DNA from: Rhizobacter sp.
GTDB lineage: Bacteria; Pseudomonadota; Gammaproteobacteria; Burkholderiales; Burkholderiaceae_C
Assembly: GCA_036402415.1 (NCBI GenBank)
Contig: DASWSY010000088.1
Location: 1 to 35,679, forward strand
Length of the DNA: 35,679 bases
Direction: 5' to 3'
Shown one piece after another: positions 29,309 through 35,679 of the stretch (position 1 is the first letter of the stretch; each line of letters starts with the position of its first letter). Below the pieces are notes generated by a model. The model was not told the DNA's origin, did not search any database, and saw only the letters and a list, made by a program, of their open reading frames with translations. Position numbers and translations under genes: made by a program.

Positions 29309-30337
29309 ATGAACCGTCGTGACACCCTGAGAGGCCTGGCCGCCCTGGCCTCGCTGCACCTGATCCGCCCGACCGGCGCCCGCACCGAAGCGCCGCACTG
29401 GACGACGGCCGCCGCGCCGTCGGTGGCGCGCCAGGAGCTCTATCCGGAAGTGCTGGACGGGCGCATCTACGTGGCCGGCGGCTTGCTCAACCCGAACACC
29501 GGCTATTCCGCGCACTTCGAAGCCTACGAGCCCGAGGTCGACCGCTGGCGACGGCTCGCCACGCTGCCCGAGGCGCGGCATCACATCGCCCTGGCCGCAG
29601 CCGGCGGGCGCCTGCTGGCGGTCGGAGGCTTCAGCGGAGGTTTCCCGAACTGGCGCGCACAGGCCTCGACCTTCGTGTACGACCCGGGCGCCGACCGCTG
29701 GAGCGATGGCGTTCCGCTGCCCTATGCCTGTGCCGAAGGCGTTTTCGCCGCCCTCGGCGGCCGGGCCTACCTCGTCGGCGGCCGTGTTCGCGAGCACGCG
29801 GGCGCACGCCACTTCAACGAACACGTGGACACCGCGCTCGGCCTGGTGTTCGACCCGGGGCTTGCGCGCTGGGCGCCCATCGCGCAAGCCCCCACGGCGC
29901 GCAACAGCGCGGCGGCCGCGGTGATCGAAGGGCGCCTGTACGTGGTCGGTGGCCGGCAGGCGCTGAAGCAGCCCGACGGGTCGATGCGGCAGGTCAACGT
30001 TCCTGCGCTCGAGGTGTACGACCCCGCGACCGACCGCTGGACCTCACGCGCACCGATGCCCCAGGCCCAGGGCGGGCTCGCCGCCGCAAGCCATGCTGGC
30101 CGTCTGTATGTCTTCGGGGGCGAGCAGTGGGTGCCCGAACGCAAGGTGTTCGCCGATGCCTGGGTCTACGACCCGGCGCACGACCGCTGGGCCGCCCTGC
30201 CACCGCTGCCCACGCCACGCCACGGGCTGGGCGCGGCGACCGTCGGCGATCGCATCCATGTCTTCGGGGGTGGCACGCGGGTGGGCGGCGATCATGCGAG
30301 TGTGGTGCACGAGGTGCTGGTGCTGCAAGGTCGCTGA
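29309..30337 (+). CDS. Kelch-repeat beta-propeller protein with Tat-like signal
   Basis: MNRRDTL signal; six repeats of IYV.GG...YDP..DRW...P..R. Confidence 0.88.
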   Translation: MNRRDTLRGLAALASLHLIRPTGARTEAPHWTTAAAPSVARQELYPEVLDGRIYVAGGLLNPNTGYSAHFEAYEPEVDRWRRLATLPEARHHIALAAAGGRLLAVGGFSGGFPNWRAQASTFVYDPGADRWSDGVPLPYACAEGVFAALGGRAYLVGGRVREHAGARHFNEHVDTALGLVFDPGLARWAPIAQAPTARNSAAAAVIEGRLYVVGGRQALKQPDGSMRQVNVPALEVYDPATDRWTSRAPMPQAQGGLAAASHAGRLYVFGGEQWVPERKVFADAWVYDPAHDRWAALPPLPTPRHGLGAATVGDRIHVFGGGTRVGGDHASVVHEVLVLQGR

Positions 30338-30340
30338 CCT

Positions 30341-30416
30341 TGGCGCGTCCGGCTGGGATCGAACCAGCAACCCCTGCCTTCGGAGGGCAGTACTCTATCC
30401 ATTGAGCTACGGACGC
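30341..30416 (-). tRNA. tRNA-Arg(CCG)
   Basis: GCGTCCGTAGCTCAATGGATAGAGTACTGCCCTCCGAAGGCAGGGGTTGCTGGTTCGATCCCAGCCGGACGCGCCA: 76 nt, anticodon arm CTGCC-CT-CCG-AA-GGCAG, GTTCGA T-loop, encoded CCA. Confidence 0.97.
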
Positions 30417-30426
30417 GTGGGCGGCG

Positions 30427-30481
30427 ATTCTACAGCGCGCCTCTTTCGCGCCCGGGCGGCGTGGGGTCGCTTGTCTATAAT
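30427..30481. promoter_or_regulatory. Divergent sigma70 -10 elements (tRNA and cytochrome c5)
   Basis: TAGAAT on minus strand (30427-30432) just upstream of the tRNA; TATAAT on plus strand (30476-30481). Confidence 0.55.
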
Positions 30482-30528
30482 CCCGCGGTTTTGCGCCACG
30501 CCACTGAAGGCCAGCCCTAGAGGATTTC

Positions 30529-31083
30529 ATGAGCGACCCCCACCACAACGCCACCGACCACGATGACGCCCCGCACGAAGGGCCGATCAAGAACGTCAAG
30601 CAGCTCGTCGCTGCGGTGATCTTCGCCTTCATCGTGCCGATCGCCGTGATCGTGCTGCTCGTGACCCGGGTGGGCGCCGACGCCCGCTCCGGTGCCGGCA
30701 GCGACAGCCTGACGCCCGAGTCGGTGGCGCGCCGCATCCAGCCGGTGGCCACGGTGGAGGTGCGTGATGCCTCCGACCTCGCCTCGCTCAAGTCGGGCGA
30801 GCAGGTCTACACCGCGCAATGTTCGGCCTGCCACGGCACCGGCGCGGCCGGCGCGCCCAAGCTGGGCGACGCAGCCGCTTGGGCGCCGCGCCTCGCGCAG
30901 GGCTACGAGACCCTGCTCAACAGCGCCTTGAAGGGCAAGGGCGCGATGGGGCCGCAATCCGGCGGCGACTTCAGCGACTTCGAGATCGCCCGTGCGGTGG
31001 TCTTCCTGGGCAACCAGGGCGGCGGCAAGCTGGCCGAGCCCAAGGCCCCGGCCGCGGCGTCAGCCGCTTCGGGCACGAACTGA
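30529..31083 (+). CDS. Membrane-anchored cytochrome c5
   Basis: N-terminal TM, RIQPV, CSACH, GAPKLGD..AW.PR..QG, distal Met in GAMGP. Confidence 0.92.
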   Translation: MSDPHHNATDHDDAPHEGPIKNVKQLVAAVIFAFIVPIAVIVLLVTRVGADARSGAGSDSLTPESVARRIQPVATVEVRDASDLASLKSGEQVYTAQCSACHGTGAAGAPKLGDAAAWAPRLAQGYETLLNSALKGKGAMGPQSGGDFSDFEIARAVVFLGNQGGGKLAEPKAPAAASAASGTN

Positions 31084-31102
31084 GCGGCGCACACGCCACG
31101 AG

Positions 31103-31128
31103 AAGCCGACCTGCGGGTCGGCTTTTTT
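31103..31128 (+). terminator. Rho-independent terminator
   Basis: AAGCCGACC-TGCG-GGTCGGCTT followed by a T run. Confidence 0.85.
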
Positions 31129-31145
31129 CATGGCCGCGGCATTCG

Positions 31146-31172
31146 TGCATCCAGTCGGGCCCGGGCTGCGTA
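31146..31172 (+). promoter_or_regulatory. Candidate ECF-sigma (SigK/ECF18-like) promoter
   Basis: TGCATCC-N16-CGTA, downstream of the terminator and about 60 nt upstream of DUF3455. Confidence 0.55.
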
Positions 31173-31231
31173 GAGGGGCTGAGGCGGTCGTCCGGCCGCC
31201 GCAACCTTTCTCGATTTGCCTGGAGATGTCC

Positions 31232-31765
31232 ATGAAGAAACCGCTATCGCTCGCCGGCCTGGCCCTTGTCATGTCGGCCTGCTCCACCACCCCCACCCCG
31301 AAGATGGTCGACAACATGGCCCTGCCCGAGGCCGTGCGTGCGCCGGCCGGCAGCAAGCAGACGATGTGGACCGTCGGCCGCGGCGAACTCACCTACGAGT
31401 GCCGCGAGAAGAAGGACGTGGCGGGCCAGTTCGAATGGGTCTTCGTCGGTCCGGTGGCGACGCTCTACGGGCCGGGCGACAAGGTGGTGGGCAAGTACTA
31501 CGGTGGCCCCACCTGGGAGTCGAACGACGGCTCGAAGGTCACCGGCAAGCAGGTGGCGGTCGCGCCCGGCGGTGCCGGCAACATCCCGCTGCAGCTCGTC
31601 AAGGCCGACCCGGCGATGGGGGCCGGTGCGATGCAGGGCGTGGCCTACATCCAGCGCCTGAACACCCAGGGCGGCGTGGCGCCCAGCGCGGCGTGCACGG
31701 CGGCCGCCAAGGGCCAGCGCCAGCAGGTGGCCTACGCGGCCGACTACGTGTTCTACGGCATGTGA
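31232..31765 (+). CDS. DUF3455-family lipoprotein
   Basis: Lipobox VMSAC; G.GELTYEC, W.FVGP.ATL, GPTWES.DGSKVTG, IQRLNTQGGVAP, YAADYVFY. Confidence 0.85.
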   Translation: MKKPLSLAGLALVMSACSTTPTPKMVDNMALPEAVRAPAGSKQTMWTVGRGELTYECREKKDVAGQFEWVFVGPVATLYGPGDKVVGKYYGGPTWESNDGSKVTGKQVAVAPGGAGNIPLQLVKADPAMGAGAMQGVAYIQRLNTQGGVAPSAACTAAAKGQRQQVAYAADYVFYGM

Positions 31766-32310
31766 GCGGCGGCGCCGCCGCGCTCGCGCTGCGGGCTCAG
31801 GCGGTGGCCGTAGCGGCGCGGCAGTTCGGCTGCGGTGCACTCCTCGGTGCGCCAGTGGTCGGCTTCGATCGCGTCGGCGGCGGTTTCCATGTCGAGCGTG
31901 TGCACGATGCCGAGGCCCAGGTCGGTGGCGAGGTAGAGCCGGCCGGTTTCGTCGACGAGGGCGGCCTCGAAGCGGGCCTCGCGCCCGGTGTGCGAGCGGA
32001 TGCTCGGTGCCTGGCCCGGGCGTGCGTCCAGACGCCAGATCCAGGGTGCCGCTTCGAGCTCGACGTAGACCCGCTGCGGGCCGTTCTGGAAGTACCAGTC
32101 GCCGTGTTCGTCGCGATCGTAGTTGCGCTCGATGAACTCGCGCAGCTTGTCGTGGTTGATGCGGCTGCCCTTGACCGTGGGGAAGGGCCCCGCGGCCTGG
32201 ATGCGGTCGTCGCGCATGTACCAGTCGCCGCGCGCATCGAGGGCGAGCCAGCCGTAGCAGGCCGGCACGTTGGGCCATTTCTTCAGGGCGGCTTTGACGA
32301 TGTCATCCAT
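31753..32310 (-). CDS. DUF2946-family protein
   Basis: MDDIVKAALKKWPNVPACYGWLALDARG, FQNGPQRVYVELE..PW. Confidence 0.8.
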   Translation of the reverse strand: MDDIVKAALKKWPNVPACYGWLALDARGDWYMRDDRIQAAGPFPTVKGSRINHDKLREFIERNYDRDEHGDWYFQNGPQRVYVELEAAPWIWRLDARPGQAPSIRSHTGREARFEAALVDETGRLYLATDLGLGIVHTLDMETAADAIEADHWRTEECTAAELPRRYGHRLSPQRERGGAAAHMP

Positions 32311-33340
32311 CTCGGACTCCTGCCTGTTGGGCCATCCAGCCCATGACGTGTTCCGGCAGCGTGAGCACATGCCCGGGCCAGCGGCCGTGCGGGAAGCCCA
32401 CGTGGCCGCCGTGCTCGGGCTGCCACAGTGTCACGAACGCGCCGACCTCGTGCGCCTTGGGCAGGCTGGCTGCGGGGATGAAAGGGTCATTGCGCGCATT
32501 GATGGCCAGCGCCGGAATGCGGATCCGGTGCAGGTGCGGCTTGGCCGAGCCGCGCGTCCAGTAGTCGTCGGTGTCGCGAAAACCGTGCAGCGGTGCGGTG
32601 AAGATGTTGTCGAAGTCGTAGAGGTTGCGCGCGCGCTGCAGGGCGCGGCCGTCGAAGAGGCCCGGGTGCTGCTGCAGCTTGAGCAGCGCCTTGGGGATCA
32701 TCGTGCGCAGGAACATGCGCGTGTACACCTGCCGGTTGAAACCGCGGCCGATGTGCTCGCCGCCGGCGGCGAGGTCGAGCGGCGAGCAGATCGAACAGAC
32801 GGCGCCGACGGTCCTGGACGCGCTCTCGCCGGCCTCTTCGGCCCAGCGCATCAGCGCATTGCCGCCGAGCGACACGCCCACCGCCACCATCGGGCCGGTG
32901 TGGCCGGCGCGCAGCCGTTCGAGCACCCAGCCGATCTCTTCGTAGTCACCCGAGTGGTAGGCACGCGGCGCGAGGTTGATCTCGCCCGAGCAGCCCCGGA
33001 AGTGCGGCACCGCGTAGCGCCAGCCGTTCTGCCGCGCCCAGTGGGCGAAGGCGCGGGCGTAGTGGCTGTTCGACGAACCTTCGAGGCCGTGGAAGAGCAC
33101 CAGCAGCGGCCGGACGCGGCCGTCGTCGTCGGGCGGCGGCGTGATTCCGTGGCCGGGGGTCGACGTCTCCTGGAAGTCGACGTCGATGAAGTCCTGGTCG
33201 GGCGTGGTCCAGCGCTCGCGCCGGTAGACCGGCCGCGGCCCCTGGTGGCTGCGCGCGAAGAGCGCGGGCCAGATGGTCTGCAGGTTGCCGCCCCACGGGC
33301 CTTCGCCCGCGAGCCATCGGGGGGCGCGGTAGTCGTGCAT
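32303..33340 (-). CDS. YheT-family alpha/beta hydrolase
   Basis: FHGLEGSS, RAYHSG, GVSLGG nucleophile, NARNDPF, GGHVGF. Confidence 0.88.
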   Translation of the reverse strand: MHDYRAPRWLAGEGPWGGNLQTIWPALFARSHQGPRPVYRRERWTTPDQDFIDVDFQETSTPGHGITPPPDDDGRVRPLLVLFHGLEGSSNSHYARAFAHWARQNGWRYAVPHFRGCSGEINLAPRAYHSGDYEEIGWVLERLRAGHTGPMVAVGVSLGGNALMRWAEEAGESASRTVGAVCSICSPLDLAAGGEHIGRGFNRQVYTRMFLRTMIPKALLKLQQHPGLFDGRALQRARNLYDFDNIFTAPLHGFRDTDDYWTRGSAKPHLHRIRIPALAINARNDPFIPAASLPKAHEVGAFVTLWQPEHGGHVGFPHGRWPGHVLTLPEHVMGWMAQQAGVRDG

Positions 33341-33355
33341 CCGGATCGCCCCGCC

Positions 33356-33808
33356 TCAATGCAGCACAGAGGGCGTTTCGCCGACCTCCGGCAGTTCCTG
33401 GTCGGTGCCGGGGCTCGCATGGTGCGCCACCAGGCGCCAGCCGAGCGAGGTCTTCACGTAGACGTTGGTTGCGAGCACCCAGGCCGTCTGCGGGCCCTCG
33501 TCGGTGAGCACCTGGATGCGCTCGACCACGCTGTGCACCGCCGAGTCGTGGGTGAGCACGCGCCGCACGCGCTCGGGACGCGCGTCGATCGCGCCGTTGC
33601 CGAACATCGCCTCGAAGGCGGTGCGGATGGCCGCGGCGCCCACCATGCGCGGGCCGTTGGGGTGCACGCAGCAGATGTCGTCCTCGTCGGACCACACCGC
33701 CATCAGCTTCTCGATGTCGGCCCGTTGCAGGGCTTCGTAGAACTGCGCCTCGGCGTCGTCGGACGAGCTCATCAGGGCGATCTCGGGCGGCTTGGGCGGA
33801 CGCGGCAT
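33356..33808 (-). CDS. SnoaL-like / NTF2-family protein
   Basis: FYEALQRADIEKLMAVW...CVHP.G, ATNVY....GWRLVAHHAS. Confidence 0.82.
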   Translation of the reverse strand: MPRPPKPPEIALMSSSDDAEAQFYEALQRADIEKLMAVWSDEDDICCVHPNGPRMVGAAAIRTAFEAMFGNGAIDARPERVRRVLTHDSAVHSVVERIQVLTDEGPQTAWVLATNVYVKTSLGWRLVAHHASPGTDQELPEVGETPSVLH

Positions 33809-33832
33809 CGGGTTCCTGTCTCTGTGGCGACG

Positions 33833-34741
33833 TCAGTGGAAGACGACGGTTTTCTGGCCGTTCAGAAGCACCCGGTGCTCCACGTGCCAGCGCACGGCGC
33901 GCGCGAGCACCATGCACTCGACGTCGCGGCCCACCGCCGTGAAGTCTTCGGCGCTGAGCGAATGATCCACACGCGCGACGTCCTGCTCGATGATGGGGCC
34001 TTCGTCGAGCTCGGGCGTCACGTAGTGTGCGGTGGCGCCGATCAGCTTCACGCCGCGGTCGTGCGCCTGGAAATACGGCTTGGCGCCCTTGAAGCTCGGC
34101 AGGAAGCTGTGGTGGATGTTGATCGCCCGGCCCTTGAGGAAGGCGCAGAACTCCGGGCTCAGGATCTGCATGTAGCGCGCGAGCACCACGAGGTCGACGC
34201 CGTGCTGCGCAACCAGCGCCTCGATCTGCTGCTCCTGCGCGCGCTTGGCCTCGGCCGGCGCGCCGGCCGCGAGCGGCAGGTGGTGGAAGGGGATGCCGTA
34301 GCGCCCGGCCAGTTCGGCGAACACCGCGTGGTTGGACACGACGGCCGGGATGTCGACCTCGAGCTGGCCCGAATGCCAGCGGTACAGCAGGTCGTTCAGG
34401 CAGTGGCCGTGCTGGCTCACCATCAGAAGCAGCCGCGGCTTGCGCGCCAGGCTGTGGAACTGCGCCTCCATGCCGAACTGCTCACGCACGCTGGTGAAGA
34501 GCCGGTTGAGCGTGTCGGTGTTGGCCAGGTGGGGCGGCGCCTCGAAATGCACCCGCATGAAGAAGAGCCCGGTGGCATGGGCGCTGCCCTGGTCGGGCAG
34601 GTCGCCGAACTGCTGCGAGTCGACGATGTTGCAGCCGGCCTGGTAGAGCAGGCCCGAGACGGCGTAGACGATGCCCTTGGCATCGCGGCACGAGAGCGTG
34701 AGGACGAATTCGCGCGAGCGCGCAGCGGAGGCGGGAGGCAT
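33833..34741 (-). CDS. purU: Formyltetrahydrofolate deformylase
   Basis: N-terminal ACT domain (LSCRD..GIV), HCLNDLL, VLARYMQILS, INIHHSFLPSFKGAKPY, LDEGPIIEQ. Confidence 0.95.
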   Translation of the reverse strand: MPPASAARSREFVLTLSCRDAKGIVYAVSGLLYQAGCNIVDSQQFGDLPDQGSAHATGLFFMRVHFEAPPHLANTDTLNRLFTSVREQFGMEAQFHSLARKPRLLLMVSQHGHCLNDLLYRWHSGQLEVDIPAVVSNHAVFAELAGRYGIPFHHLPLAAGAPAEAKRAQEQQIEALVAQHGVDLVVLARYMQILSPEFCAFLKGRAINIHHSFLPSFKGAKPYFQAHDRGVKLIGATAHYVTPELDEGPIIEQDVARVDHSLSAEDFTAVGRDVECMVLARAVRWHVEHRVLLNGQKTVVFH

Positions 34742-34817
34742 GGCGCGGAATTGTACGGACGGGCCTCGCTTTGCAGGCAAGACGACGGCATCATCCCCAC
34801 CTCATCGAATGCCCATC

Positions 34818-35447
34818 ATGCGCACTGACCCCAACGCCTGGACCGAACGCAGCCGCGAGCTGTCGCAGCTGCTGGCCCAGAGCGGCCTGGGCGACCGTGC
34901 GGCCTTCGCACGGCTCTACGAGCGCACCAGCGCGCATCTGTTCGGCGTCGTGCTGCGTATCAACCGGGACAGGGCCCAGGCCGAAGAGGTGCTGCAGGAG
35001 GTCTACGTCAACGTGTGGCGTGCGGCGCAGTCCTTCGACGCCGCGCAGAGCCAGCCCTTGACCTGGCTCACCAGCATCGCGCGCAACCGGGCCATCGACA
35101 GCCTGCGTCGCCGGCAAGCCGAGCCGCAAACCCAGCCTGCGCCGCTGTCGGGCGAAGGCGACGAGGATCGAGACGTGTATGACGACGTGGCGGACACCGC
35201 CCCCGGGCCCCTGGCCCTGCTGAGCGAGGCCTCCGATGCGCGGGCGCTGGGGCGCTGCATGGAAAGCCTGAGCGCCCAGCAGCGACAGAGCGTGGCGCTC
35301 GCCTTCTACGACGGCCTGAGCCATGCCGAGGTGGCCGAGCACATGCGCCAGCCGCTGGGCACGGTGAAGTCGTGGGTGCGGCGCGCGCTGCTGGCGCTGA
35401 AGTCCTGCCTCGATGGCGCGGTCGTGCGCGACCTGCAGGCCGAGTGA
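34818..35447 (+). CDS. ECF RNA polymerase sigma factor (SigK-like)
   Basis: GDRAAFARLY, AEEVLQE, WL.SIARNRAID.LRR, GLSHAEVA....PLGTVKSWVRR. Alternative start 34809. Confidence 0.92.
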   Translation: MRTDPNAWTERSRELSQLLAQSGLGDRAAFARLYERTSAHLFGVVLRINRDRAQAEEVLQEVYVNVWRAAQSFDAAQSQPLTWLTSIARNRAIDSLRRRQAEPQTQPAPLSGEGDEDRDVYDDVADTAPGPLALLSEASDARALGRCMESLSAQQRQSVALAFYDGLSHAEVAEHMRQPLGTVKSWVRRALLALKSCLDGAVVRDLQAE

Positions 35448-35457
35448 GCGACGCACC

Positions 35458-35679
35458 ATGGACTACAGCCGCCCCGAACTCGCCGACCGGCTGGCCGCCG
35501 CCTATGTGGCCGGCACGCTGCGCGGTGCGGCGCGCCGCCGCTTCGTCGCCCTGACCCGCGTGCACCCGGGCCTGCGCCGCGCCGTGCGCGACTGGGAGGC
35601 GCGCCTGATGCCGCTGACCGCCTCGGTCGAAGCCGTCGTGCCGCCGCCGCGGGTGTGGCAGGCGATCGAGCGGCGCATC
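35458..35679 (+). CDS. Anti-sigma factor (RskA-like), 5' part; truncated
   Basis: Manual translation MDYSRPELADRLAAAYVAGTLRGAARRRF...WEARL.PL...PPPRVWQAIE; 10 nt after the sigma stop. Confidence 0.85.
   Translation, partial: MDYSRPELADRLAAAYVAGTLRGAARRRFVALTRVHPGLRRAVRDWEARLMPLTASVEAVVPPPRVWQAIERRI

Noticed and set aside
30341-30416. tRNA-Arg as attachment site of a genomic island or prophage
   Set aside because: No integrase, no duplicated tRNA 3' end seen by eye, and no obvious GC shift in the window.

Overview
GC-rich chromosomal window, most likely from a Burkholderiales (Rubrivivax/Ideonella/Piscinibacter-like) betaproteobacterium; this is inferred from gene content (Bug/TctC protein, ligJ, DUF2946-YheT-purU block). 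It holds about 35 protein genes and one tRNA-Arg(CCG). No integrase, transposase, rRNA or CRISPR array was seen. From left to right: the 5' end of ligJ with a divergent LysR; a translationally coupled TonB-dependent receptor / YfiR(DUF4154) / hybrid histidine kinase unit followed by a membrane diguanylate cyclase; a short Thr/Ser dehydratase preceded by a candidate Ile-sensing leader peptide; GNAT; TPR-GGDEF; Bug; PAS-GGDEF-EAL; several regulator/efflux modules; an operon encoding a 1124-aa lipoprotein that fuses a tannase/feruloyl esterase to a type-B carboxylesterase, an orphan ABC solute-binding protein and an SDR; LysR/Kelch; tRNA-Arg; cytochrome c5; DUF3455; DUF2946-YheT-SnoaL-purU; and an ECF sigma with the start of its anti-sigma. 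The best candidates for undescribed biology are (1) the TBDR-YfiR-kinase trans-envelope signalling unit, (2) the two-active-site esterase fusion operon and (3) the leader-peptide/anti-Shine-Dalgarno attenuator upstream of the dehydratase. Product calls come from motif recognition only; no database searches were run.
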